Below are positions 49,901 to 62,814 of a stretch of 64,000 nt of DNA, one piece after another. Origin of the DNA: Perna viridis (lineage: Eukaryota). Position numbers and translations under genes: made by a program. Below the pieces are notes generated by a model. The model saw nothing but the letters and a program-made list of their open reading frames with translations. It was not told the origin of the DNA and ran no database searches. The stretch spans positions 35,798,704 through 35,862,703 of the forward strand of contig CM074521.1 of assembly GCA_037379345.1 (NCBI GenBank). The letters run 5' to 3'. Positions within the stretch are counted from its first letter, which is position 1, and each line of letters opens with the position of its first letter.

Positions 49901-52900
49901 CTGCCTAAAATAGAAATTAAATATGGAACCAGAATAATGGGATAAGGACTTACACCTTTGCAGGCCAATTAATAAATTTTGTTCAATTAAATATACAAAC
50001 GATTATGCTACACATTTGTCTTATATCTTAACTTCAAACATGGAGTTGTTAAAAATGCTCTTTAATATTTATGATAAGATTTTGCTTATCTTTTGCCCTT
50101 GTTTATAAAATGAATTTAAACAAAAATGGATTGTATACTTTCAGGCTGCTGGTTTGGCCACTATGATTTCCACAATGAGACCTGATATTGACAATATGGA
50201 TGAATATGTCCGTAACACAACTGCTCGAGCCTTTGCTGTGGTAGCCTCAGCCCTCGGTATCCCCTCCCTACTGCCTTTCTTGAAGGCTGTGTGTAAGAGT
50301 AAGAAGAGTTGGCAGGCTAGACATACTGGTATAAAGATTGTACAACAGATAGCCATATTGATGGGTTGTGCTATACTGCCTCATCTGAAGAATCTGGTGG
50401 AAATTATTGAGCATGGTAAAATTTCTAGCTAACATAAGTTGTTCATTTTCTATTTTTGTGTTATTTTGAACAGAAAAAAAAAACATTGCGGTGTGCTAGA
50501 AACACATTGCAAAGTAAAAAAAAACATAAAGAAAGTGTTGCAAGTGAAGAATTGTGAAGTCCTGAGAGATCCTTTTTTTTTTAATAAAATGCTTGGTAAG
50601 TTATCCATTTCAGATGACGAGCACATACACACATGTAAATACAGCTTTATTTACCTTCTTAAACAAGTACTTATTTTGCCATATTAACTATGTCTTTGTA
50701 AGAATCAGGCAAAATAAGAAAAAGCAGAAACCTGCATGTAAAAACTCAATTATCTGAAAATATTATTCCACTCAAAGATGATTTCACTATTTGAAAAGAC
50801 CACTCTGTGATTTCTGTATGACTGGATTTGGTGAGAAATTTTTCAATAGAATGTTAGAAAAATGAGGTTTTTGACAGAGTAATCTGCCCTTGAAATGTTC
50901 ATTTTCTGTGCATTTCAATGAAATTATAACTCAGTTTACTAAAGTGATAGGGAAAATCTATTTTTTTTCCTTGATTCTGATGGTGCAAATACTGTTAAAG
51001 TGTCATTGTTCGTGGGGTACTAATTTTCATGGTTTTCTTGGGTTTGATAAACTTTGAAATTTAGTTCCTAACAAAAAGGAAATTTCCCATGCATTTGTAT
51101 GATGTAGTTTTCAAATCCATGAAAATTCAAGAATTTATGAACTTAAGGTTTTTCACTAAAAGTGGTACCCATGAATTTAAGTTCTTTCACTGTAGTCACA
51201 TTAAACTCTCAAAATTGTGTTTTTTATATGATGTTTCACCCACTGCCTGATTCTTATAGAGCCTGACATTGTATGTATTATTGCAGGTTTAGTAGATGAA
51301 CAACAGAAGGTACGTACCATCACAGCTTTAGCTCTGGCTGCCTTGGCAGAAGCTGCTACTCCCTATGGTATTGAATCCTTTGACAGTGTACTCAAACCTT
51401 TGTGGAAGGGTATCAGACAACATAGAGGAAAGGTTAGTAATTAGATACTTGCAATTGCACATTAGTTAAATTAGAATATTGTTGAGAAAAAGACCCATGT
51501 TTCCAAAATTAAGCAATCAGTTTTATTGTTCAACCAAAAGGACTCATATTAAACTGACTGCCATTAACTGCCAAGATTTAAGGAGTGTGTGGAGCTTGTT
51601 ACTTTCATGAGTTAATTCTTCAAGGGTTTTCAGCATATATTGTTATTCTGAAATAAATTTTCATTTTTGGCAGATTTATATTCCAAATCGAATGAAGTTA
51701 AATGTCGCATTGGCGAGAGAAAGTCTAATAGTGAAACTACCAAATTTATTTCACATGTTATTCATCAAAACATCTTACACAGGGAACGATTAATAATTTA
51801 CTGCTCTATATATGAGAAAGCCACTTAAATTTCTTTCCAAGTTGTAGTTCCAATGATGGATACTAGTGATTTTGTTAGGTACTATTAACAGTATTTTGAG
51901 GGACTTGCTGCTTTCTTGGAGGTCAATAGGTTATTCTGAAAGTACTATTGTACATGGGGTATTTTCGTGGAGATTACTATTGATGTTTATTCTGAAAACC
52001 TCAAAACCACACATTCAAGAATCATACATGAAAATTAGTATCCAGGAATTAAAGTAGTTTCACAGTACCTTATTCCTTGATGGATGCTTAATTTGCTAAA
52101 TACTACATGTATATGTAGATCTGTATCAATTTTAGGTTTAAGATGCTTTCTTGAAAGCCATTGGTTACCTTATTCCCTTGATGGATGCAGAATATAGTAA
52201 TTACAAAATGTATTTATGGATCTGTATCTTTTTTTAGGGTTTAGCTGCTTTCTTGAAGGCCATTGGTTACCTTATTCCTTTGATGGATGCTGAATATGCT
52301 AATTACTACATGTATTTATAGATTTGTATCTTTTTTTTAGGGTTTAGCTGCTTTCTTGAAGGCTATTGGTTACCTTATTCCTTTGATGGATGCTGAATAT
52401 GCTAATTACTATACCAGAGAAGTCATGTTGATCCTGATCAGAGAGTTCCAGTCTCCTGATGAAGAAATGAAGAAAATTGTATTGAAGGTTGGTCATTTGA
52501 TTTCGTATGTCTGTAATCCATTTTAAAATTCTTTGGTTCTTGTCCAACTCTTTCATTCTTGTCCATTTTGTTGCTCTCTGTTAGAATATGGTGAATTTAG
52601 TGTCCAATTTTATATTCCCCTTTTTTCCTTTCACTTCTAAACAGCTAGAGAGTTCCAAAGTTTTTTTTTATATAAATAGTTAACTTTTATAAATGTGCTG
52701 TATATTTCTTCTTGTATTTTATTTTGCATGTGTACATTTATGAATATATCTTTATAGTCTCTCATAATTCTTAATAGAATAGCACTTGTTTACTGCTTTT
52801 CATACTTTTATGTCTTTTATTGTTGACTTTTAAGCATAAGTATGTTGTCTAAATTGTGGTAATGTATATGTTGTACAACTGGTGAGACTTTAATAAAATA

Positions 52901-55900
52901 TTGAATCTGAATCTAAAACACAGCATTTTGAAATTAAAATGAATCAAAATTTGTTTAGATATATGTAGCATGTAAATGATATTGTCCTTGAGGCTAATCT
53001 AGAATATCTTTATAAACAAACTACTTTAAACAAACCTCCATAGCTCATACCAAGTTAGATCATGTTTTGAATAGGCCTCACATCAAATGTACATTTGCCA
53101 AATATTTTCATGTCTTATTAAAATGTAAAGAAAATTTATAACTATATGATAGGTAGTAAAACAATGTTGTGCCACTGATGGTGTAGAGCCTCAGTACATC
53201 AAGGAAGAAATTCTACCTCCATTCTTCAAACATTTCTGGAACCAGAGAATGGCACTGGATAGAAGAAACTACAGACAACTTGTGGACACTACAGTAGAAA
53301 TAGCCAACAAGGTTGGAGCTGCAGAAATCGTAGGACGTGTCGTGGATGACCTGAAAGATGAGGCTGAACAGTATCGTAAGATGGTAATGGAGACAATTGA
53401 GAAGATTATGGCTAACCTTGGAGCTGCAGACATTGACTCGCGTCTTGAGGAACAGTTAATTGATGGTATCTTGTATGCCTTCCAGGAACAGACAACTGAG
53501 GTTTGGTTATAACATTGTATTGTCTCCTATAACTGTGTTGTCAGCACAATGGTATACCCAGTGGATCCAGTTTCATGAATCATTTCAACCTGAGAAGTTC
53601 TTCTAATCTGTCTTTTACTTATATACATATACATACATTTACAAATGAGATTGCTAGAAAAGGAAGATTTGAAGAACATCTTATGTGAAATATTGATGAA
53701 ATCTGACCCTAATCTTATGATTTTATTTTTTTAATCACATCCACTAAGTTGTTGGCATTTAAGATAAAGAAAATTATGCCATTCATGTAGTTAGTGAGAT
53801 AAGCTGCCATTAGCTTTAGAATGTTACTGCAAGATATGACTTTTTAAGGTTATGAGAAACATTTAAACATTGATCTGTTGAATTGAGATTGTGGATCATG
53901 GTAATGTTTGATCTTTTTCATTGTGATGAACAGTATAGTTTTCTTATGGTATTACTTTAAAAATCTCTATTTTTTTTATTGAATTTATTTTGCCTGTAAT
54001 TTTGTATAGTAATAGTAGTAACAAACCCAAAACTGAAAATTAAAAGAATAGTAGAAAATATGAAAGAATTGCCTGTTTAAGAAAAAATGAAAATATTTCA
54101 TGGTTATTCATATGATATTCCAAAACTGCATGCTTTTTCTTTTGCTTACAGGTTGACTTTGTACCAGTCAGCTTTTTCCGTGTTATTAATAAATTTATTC
54201 GTGAAAGATATCAAAGTGACATTTTTAACGTACAAAAAATGTGGACTAGCAGTAGAAATATTTATTTCAAGTTTAAGAATGGAGAAATAAGGAGTGTTAT
54301 AAAATATAGGTCACTGTACCAAACATCTGATGGATTTCATTTGATATTAAGACACAATGACAAACTTGATTCATAGTATTTATTCACTTGAAGAAAGATT
54401 TATTAGAAATATTATAAGAGATAACAAGATGACAAATTTTCATATTCATGAAGCAAGTCATAGCATCAAGTATACGGGACAAGCCCTATGTCAGTTATTC
54501 AGGGATGATTTTTTCTACTTTTTAGCTGAATTCCGCTATTTTAAATTCAGTTTTTTACTGTTATGATTCTTTTTTTTTTTATTGTATATTTACTTCCGAT
54601 TTTGCCAATTTCAACTTCGTTTGTGGACCTCGTAAAATCATCCCAGAGTTATTGAATGTAGTTATGTATCTGTTTCGTATAATGTAGTGATTTTTGTACA
54701 TACATTGTATTAATATGAATAAAGGTATTAACCCAATATTTTATCACTTTCTGATCAACAGGATGTGGTGATGTTGAATGGCTTTGGTACTGTGGTAAAT
54801 GCCCTGGGAAAGCGCGTAAAACCATATCTCCCGCAGATCTGTGGTACAATTTTGTGGCGTCTCAACAACAAATCAGCCAAAGTACGACAGCAGGCAGCTG
54901 ATCTTATCTCTAGAATTGCTATTGTGATGAAGACATGTCAAGAGGTAAGATAAATGTAAATAGCCTGGCTCAGTAAACTCATGGTATTGTGTTTGCCATG
55001 GTTGCCAGCAGTTGTGAGTTCATCCTTGTTGAGAAGAACTAAAGACTATAAAAAGTCACTTGCTTCTCTGCCAAGCACATGGCCTACATGATATAGAGTG
55101 ATTACTAGTAGGTATGGATAATAATCTACCTTAGTGTTAAACTACAACTAATCAATCAGTTGATTGTAAATACTTTCATGAAAAGCTTGTTTAGGTATAG
55201 ACTTGAGAACTCAATAGAAAATGTCTACTCTGTTGGTGGAAGGCAGTGTATTAGTTATTGGACAACTCTAATACTAATGCACAGATCTAGAAATTACATC
55301 TTTTCATATAAGTGTTCAAGTTTGTTTAAGTGTTGTCTTTCATGACTGTGTCCCTTTTGCTGAAACACTGTAATTATATGTAACTTTACAAATTTAAATG
55401 CTGCTTGTTATTTTTATGTTTGTAACTACTAATAAATATGACTCCAATTAGTGAATTATTATTTATTTTCAGGAAAGATTGATGGGACATTTGGGTGTGG
55501 TATTGTATGAGTACTTGGGAGAAGAATATCCAGAAGTACTGGGTAGTATCCTGGGAGCTCTCAAGTCTATTGTTAATGTTATTGGTATGACCAAAATGAC
55601 ACCTCCTATTAAAGATCTGTTGCCAAGATTGACTCCTATCCTCAAAAACAGGTAATTTATTTTAGTCCTATATACTTCTGTATTCTGTTACTAGTCCCGC
55701 TCTTAACAGAAATATATGTTCTTAATTCTTATACCCCTCCTTGGAAGGATAGGGGGTGTACTGTTTTACCCTTGTCCATATTTCCATGTTTCTGTGTGTC
55801 CGTGTTTCCGTAATCCTTTTTTCCGTCACAGTTTTCTTAAGAACTACTCATCACGGTGGCTTGAAATTTTCACAGATTCTTCCTGTAGGTATGCCATACA

Positions 55901-58900
55901 GTGGGAAACATTTTTGTTTACTGAGGACTATTTTTGACATGTTTAAAAGATTGAATTTTCTTCACATTTTTCTCAGCAGCTACTCATCACAGGGTCTTGA
56001 TATTTTATTAAATGTTATACATGTAGGTATGCCATATGGTGGTATACATTTTCAGTATAATTTGACAGCAACTTCCTGTTTACCACAGACTTTGGTTATT
56101 TTTGACATATTTTGAAAGATGAAATTTTCATATCATTTTTCTCATCAACAATTCATCACAGCATCTCGATATTTTAACACATTCTTCCTATAGTATGCCA
56201 TTTTCGTAAAAATTCCAAAACTTCCTGTTTACTTAGGACTTTGTTTATGTTCCTAATATCATATCAAAAGCGAGGGTATCACTAGTGAGCCATCGCTTAC
56301 AGATTTCTTGTTATATCAGTAAGTTCTTTCATTCAGAAAAAAATGACTGGAAACTGATCATGTGGTATCTGCAATCTAGGTAACCTATTGCGTGACAACA
56401 ATTATGGCAACTGGTCACATAGAAAGCATCTAGGCATGGGATCACAATTTAAACCACTTATCATGTTGCCACAATTTAGGCAATCTTGTATTTATTGTTT
56501 ACAAGTTTCTTTCTTGCTAAAGTAAGACGAAATACTGTAAATATATTAATGTTTACCAATTTTGCCGAATTCTGTCAAGTGAATATATTTTGGGATATAA
56601 AAAATGATAAGCCTTGTATAGTATTCAAAATCTATTTCACAGCTACTTTTTTTTCAAGCTTTTATGACGTGAAAGTGGTGAAAATTAGAAAATCACAAAA
56701 ATTGATACAGTGACTAAGTTTTGTTGTAAGTTAAAAGATTAACTGGTAATTTCTTGTGTATACTGTCCAGTTATAATGTTTGTTAAGTTATCAGGTATTA
56801 ATGATCTAAGACATTTAGAAAATGATGTTTTAGTTACTGAAATTTTACATCCTATTTATTTCTAGCATTTGGTGTATGATTGCTTACAAAAAGTGTGTCT
56901 TGCTAAAAAGTTGATTTCTATTTGCAGACATGAGAAAGTACAAGAAAACTGTATAGATCTTGTGGGGAGAATAGCAGACAGGGGAGCAGAATATGTCTCA
57001 GCTAGGGAATGGATGAGAATCTGTTTTGAGTTATTAGAACTACTCAAGGCTCACAAGAAAGCTATCAGAAGAGCCACAGTCAATACATTTGGTTACATTG
57101 CCAAGGCGATCGGGTAAATCTTTCTATTTAGAATTTGATTCAGTATTGTGAAACTTAGTGCTATTCACCTGTAAAGGAATAACAAAATTGACATAGAAAA
57201 GCATGAAAAATATTTGTTAAGTTTTTGGTTGACATAATAACCTCTTGTAGAAAGTACTTGATTATATGCACTGTTAGAGAAAAGTAATAGAATTAACAGA
57301 AAATGGTATGCATTGAAAACTGATTCAATATCTACATGTATGTATTTACCACCAAAGAATGAATATACAATACAAAAGTGAAAAATAATAATACAGTTAC
57401 TATGTATAAGAACCTCACACTTCAGAAAACAGAAACTTACTTTTACTTACTGTGAATATATAATTGTTTGTTGGGTACCAATTTTCATGGATTTCGTGGG
57501 TAAGGTATAATACGAAATTTGATTCCCAACAAAAAGAAATATTTACTTTTAATTGTATGACAGGATCCTTAAAACCACGAATTGAAGAATCCACCAACTT
57601 GTGTTTTTCCCCTTAACCAGGAAAATTGATACCAACGAATAAAGAAGCTTTCATAGTATTAAATCTTACACTGTTCTAAGATTTTTGAAAATTCTTCAGG
57701 AAAATAACATGCACACAATGTAAGTCTACTTGCCAAAAGTTAGAGGACCGTAATAAATAAGTTTTCCCACACTGAAATTGCACCTTCTCAGCTAACAGGT
57801 AAGTGGAAATGTAGAACATAGAATTCTTTATGAAATTTGATTTCTTTTTTTTTCTTTCTAGTCCCCATGATGTATTAGCAACTCTACTGAACAATCTCAA
57901 AGTACAGGAACGACAGAATCGTGTGTGTACAACTGTCGCTATCGCTATTGTAGCAGAAACTTGTTCCCCATTTACTGTTATCCCAGCTCTAATGAATGAA
58001 TATCGTGTACCTGAACTCAATGTACAAAATGGTGTGTTAAAATCGTTATCTTTTATGTTTGAATATATCGGAGAAATGGGCAAGGATTATATATATGCTG
58101 TGGCCCCATTGTTGGAAGATGCTCTTATGGATAGGTAAGAATTTTTTACAGAGATTTATCTCAGTTCTTTTTCTGACTCCATAATGACAGGTGTGTTGAA
58201 TTATAAATAAACAGCTGCACATCACATGTTGGGTTTAAAGTTTGAGAATTATAGTTAAAAACTTGAGAAAGTAATAAAAAAAAAAAAACAACTAAAAAAA
58301 GTATGTAAACAGTTTTTATTTTGTGGTATGTAACATGTCTACATCATGCTGATTGTACAACATAGAATTTTCCATATTTGCTGATAACAACAACCTTTTG
58401 TTAATAATATTTAAGTGTAACCTGTATTACACGTTAACCTTTAACCTTTGATTTAACCTGTATGACACGTTAACCTTTAACTCCTGATTCTTTTGTCTTA
58501 TTCCAGTAAAATTAGTAGCTAAATTAAATATTGAGTAAATCAGCACTATTACTATTACAGAGATTTGGTACACAGACAGACGACAATGTCTACCATACAA
58601 CATATGGCCCTAGGTGTGTTTGGTTTTGGATGTGAAGATGCCCTTGTACATTTATTGAACTATGTTTGGCCTAACATATTTGAAACATCACCTCATGTTG
58701 TTCAAGCTTTCATGGGAGCCATAGAGGGATTTAGAGTTGGTATGGGAGCTTCAAAAATACTACAGTATACTTTACAGGTAAGTGGCTATTACACTATGCT
58801 GTGGTAAGCTAGAAATGGCTGCCTAGCTGAATCTATCTTAAAAATAAAGATGTTTTTAGAAATTTTGAAAATACTTCTTATAATACATGTATATATACAC

Positions 58901-59292
58901 ACAAAAAAAACTACTAGATATCGGCTTGAAAAAGGTTTATACTCCATTTATAACAAATGATAATTTAATGTATGTTATGTTTTTATTATGTCTTACTTGA
59001 GCAAGTTTTACAGTTATTAGCAATATCAAATTAAAAATGTAAGATATAGTAAGATTTGAGTAATTCTTGATGTAAGTCAGTGATTGTTTGTTTTCTCGTC
59101 ACAATATTTAGTACTTTTATCTTTTGTTGTCAGGGTTTGTTTCATCCAGCCAGAAAGGTACGAGATGTATATTGGAAGGTCTATAATACAGTTTACATTG
59201 GCGCCCAGGACAGTATGATACCTGCCTATCCCAGAATACCCAACGATGTTAAAAACAGTTACCTGAGATATGAATTGGATTATGTCTTGTAG
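37939..59292 (+). CDS. SF3B1: Splicing factor 3B subunit 1 (U2 snRNP), 20 coding exons, 1345 aa
   Basis: Exons 37939-37960, 41925-42103, 42463-42552, 42902-43019, 45388-45461, 46604-47021, 47308-47765, 48078-48278, 48882-48983, 49418-49684, 50145-50415, 51287-51432, 52341-52487, 53153-53500, 54762-54944, 55473-55651, 56928-57113, 57862-58134, 58561-58777, 59134-59292. Total 4038 nt, all GT-AG and phase-consistent. RWDETP motifs, TP repeats, HEAT region ([27 protein letters not shown]...[10 protein letters not shown]). Exon 1 (MAATTRE) is the least certain. Confidence 0.97.
38298..38409. mobile_element. 112 bp TIR mini-element with 9 bp TSD
   Basis: actttcact|tacctgcgaaacgtagctct ... agagctacgatttcgcagcta|actttcact. 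Confidence 0.7.
38720..40350 (-). pseudogene. 5'-truncated, frameshifted non-LTR retrotransposon RT (CR1/L2-like) in SF3B1 intron 1
   Basis: [36 protein letters not shown]...[32 protein letters not shown], broken by stops and frameshifts. Confidence 0.9.
44053..44141. repeat. ~31 bp tandem repeat, 3 copies
   Basis: cagtaaatgtaaagaacatctccct units. Confidence 0.85.
45503..45563 (-). mobile_element. 3' tail fragment of the SINE-like family seen at 9159-12522
   Basis: Reverse complement matches tctgaatatagctgaaa.attgctgctcggac.ttaaac at 12468-12510. Confidence 0.8.
52066..52411 (+). repeat. ~103 bp tandem array of the SF3B1 exon-13 acceptor junction
   Basis: AG at 52134-35, 52236-37 and 52339-40 (real), each followed by ggtttagctgctttcttgaa-like exon sequence; a partial copy starts at 52066. 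Confidence 0.93.
55728..56312 (+). mobile_element. Helentron-type non-autonomous element with internal repeats
   Basis: ttatacccctc...gagggtat subterminal IR, tgtccg-like microsatellite, 3' hairpin gtgagc...gcttac, repeated ctactcatcac units. Confidence 0.65.
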
Positions 59293-61399
59293 TTGACATT
59301 GTCTGTTTACAAGGACATGTTATTGACTTGTCATGAAAAAATAAATAATGGGGACAGAATATTGGAAAATAATTTTTCCATTTCAATGTAAAATGAATCA
59401 GGTATCGAGGACATCATTGATTTGTATTTTTTTTAAGTTTTCTATGGGATTTAAGATAGTGGTTTTACAATGTACATGTATATACAAGTACCAGGTTGTT
59501 TGTGTACTTATTTCTATTGATAACTTTTTTTTTAAATACTCCAATTATGATAAAAGCAGATTTTGAATTACTGATGCATATTAATGCTTTATAGGAATAG
59601 TTTTTCCAAAAAAAAAATTGAAATACCTGATACTTAAGCACAAAAACCTTAGTGAAAACACTACTAAAAGTTCATGTCACTTATTTAATGTATTTCTCAT
59701 ATCATCTTTGAAACATTATTGCAATAGTTTTGACCTAATTAAAAAAGTTCAGATTAGGTTTACATGTTCATGTTTGAAATTTTCCTATTTTATTGTCTCT
59801 GTCCATTAACTCTCACCATTTATACATGTCCCCATCAATAATGTTGTTCGAACTCATGTTTTACCAAAACTTCTGTGTAAAGATCATGGTATACATGGTA
59901 TTTTTAAATCTGAATAGATTCAACAATATCCTGTTCATAGACCTGTTTTCTGTTTGGCACTCTGATGTCTTATGTATTTTCATCTGAAGTTGTAAACATT
60001 TAGACATCATCAATAAAAATATATAAAATAAGTTATGTCTTCACACTGTAGAGTTAGTTCTCTGTAAACTAAACAGGACCAGAGAGCAACAATTGCTCCC
60101 AAGTCATTAAAACCCACAAGTGGGGGTAGAGTGTATAGTTATAGGGTGACTGTCCTTCCTTCAGTGTTTTGCTGGATTGTACATGATAGGTACTTGAAAC
60201 AACACAAAAATATGTACCCTTTGAATATTATATTTGATGCGGTATCTGTAGAAAATACCAGTAAAAATGATCTGCGAAACTAGGGAGACCACAATGTAAA
60301 ATCCCAGTACTGTTAGGAAAGCAATAACATTATAATGAAGCCTAACATATCTTTAAAATTTTAAAGCTTACCTGTAAGATTTTTTTGGTGATGTCTGGGT
60401 CTCTTTGAGTTGAGATTTAGCTTAAAAGTCAAAAAGTTGAATCCTCAAAAGGTAAAAAGGTACATACATGTACATGTATCTCAAATGTGTTCAGAAATAT
60501 TGTGCGTAGTCCCAGAAATAGCTGCTGAAAGGTACACAATATATACCAAGCTACCTTTAAACTCTTTTCTTTAGGAAAAAGTAATCCAGGGAACCAAGGT
60601 AACAGCAGAAATCTAAAGCATATATTCCAAGAATAAAGATCTAGTTTATACAGGGGAAATAGATACATCAAAGAACATGAAATGACCAAAAAGAAACAAG
60701 TACAATGAATTGACAGTAAATGAGCAACTCCTGACTCCATTAAAAACTAGGAGCATGCAACAGTTGAGTAGGTGTCCTCTGCATTCATGGAAACACCTGC
60801 TGAGTTTCTTGTAAAATGTTGTGGGTTGATGAAAGGTGCCATGGTGTACAAATTGGTTCTCATGGTGCAGATGGATATAAGTTCATGATGAACACGTAGT
60901 GTATGTGTATAAATGTTGAGTATGTACTAAGTTTCAGTTCTGCTCTGTGAAACTTATCAAAAGATTCTGATTATACGAACTAGATGATGACAGTGGGATG
61001 GGCATAGTTCTGGCTATCCACCTACTTATACTTGGTCATTTGTTACAAACCAAAAATGGAACCTAAGTATAGGGTTAAACTAATATACACAGCGAATTTT
61101 AAAGGAAAAAAACCTTTCTTCCCAGTGACAAGTACGAATGAGCAAATAGTGATGTAGTTTACATGTATGCTCAGACACTCAAGCATCCACATTATTTTGA
61201 CAAAATAATAAAATAATTTTGCATGTGTACACAAAATTAACAAAGGTCAGAATAACTCATAGTAATTTATTTGGAGTAATTTCGAACCAAAGGAATACTG
61301 GAAAGTTTCTCTATTCTATGTTTTTCTTGACCATCTAGGTCAGAAGTTGGGAGTCAGGTTTAATTTAATCAGGTTTCTTGCAGAATTTTTAGTGCCAGT

Positions 61400-62187
61400 T
61401 AAAATTCAGATGTTGACACCAGTTCACATTGAATTCAATAAAAACATGGCTAAGTCCTATGAAACTGAAAGTTGATATCAAACAGCAACCAAAATGCTCA
61501 ATATCATGCTAGGCATACCCTCACTCTACAGGAAGTTGATACTTGATACAGCCTATGCTTCTTCAATCAATCAATCCATTACGAGCCATCATTCAATTCA
61601 ATGAAAAATAGAAAAGTCCTATGAAACTGAAAGTTGATATCGGACAGCAACCAAAATGCCTGATGTTGTGACAGGCATACCCTCACTCTTACAGAAGTTG
61701 ATATTGGATACAACCTATGCCCCTTCAATCAATCAATCCATTACAAGCCATCATTCAATTCAATGGAAAATAGCAAAGTCTTATGAAACTTAAAAGTTGA
61801 TATTGGACAGCAACCAAAATGCCTGATATCATGCTAAGCATACCCCCACTGTAAAGGAAGTTGATATTGAACACTTAGAACCTATGCCCCTTCTATATGA
61901 ACCCAAATACCAAATTTGAAATCAATTCATCCATTACAGGCCAAATTATTGAGACAAAATTTACTCCATCATTCAATATAGAGAAAATTGGCAAAGACCT
62001 ATGAAACCTAAAGTAGATATCAGATAGCAACCAAAATTGCATACAACATATTCCCAATGCAAATGAAGTTACACACCAGTTTTGAAATCAATTTATCCAT
62101 TGTGAACCAAGAAAATTGTGATAAAATTCAGACGGACAGACAAGGTGATTCCAATATACTTCTCACTCGTTGAGTGGGGGAATAATA
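61400..62187 (-). mobile_element. Helentron-type element with ~162 bp tandem monomers
   Basis: Anchor aagtcctatgaaactgaaagttgatat at about 61451, 61613, 61775 and a diverged copy near 61993; (gacg/gaca) microsatellite and hairpin near 62130-62185. Confidence 0.65.
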
Positions 62188-62814
62188 AGACAATGGCTCA
62201 AACTATCTCCTTAAGAATTCAAGATTGACAACAAGATAAGATTTAAAGTCAAAAGCCAACACAGTGAAAAGAAGTCCTTTATGATGGAAAGAATGGATTC
62301 TAGATTACCATGATATAAAACTAAAGGCACCTTTTATGGACCATCTCTGAATTCAAGTCCCTGTACTGCTGTATCCAGATTTAAAACTTGTTATGGTAAA
62401 ATAATTTATTTCACAATTTACAAATTACAACTGTAGTAACATAACAAATGCATTTTTCATTTAACTAATAAAACACATAAAATTGTGTTATAAATGGAAT
62501 ACATGTACTTTCTAATGAACATAAATTCAACACCACTTTAAGGTTTGAATAAAAATAATTTCAAATGTAACACTGTATGAATAAATAAAAAGTTGTTCCA
62601 AACTGAATAGGATACATGTAAGATATAAAATTTCTGACATCTACACTTATCAATAAACCCTGATTGACAACCCTTTAATAGTAATGGATGGTTCAAATCA
62701 GCAATGCTTATCAGCATATACTGCTATACAAAATTTCACACCAAAACTACATTATATATCTTTCTCTAAGAAGAGTATCTCTGATCTCACAGTAAAATAT
62801 CAGCAGTGATAGGT

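Noticed and set aside
50145-51432. SF3B1 cancer hot-spot positions (E622, R625, H662, K666, K700 equivalents)
   Set aside because: All read as the wild-type residues ([22 protein letters not shown]).
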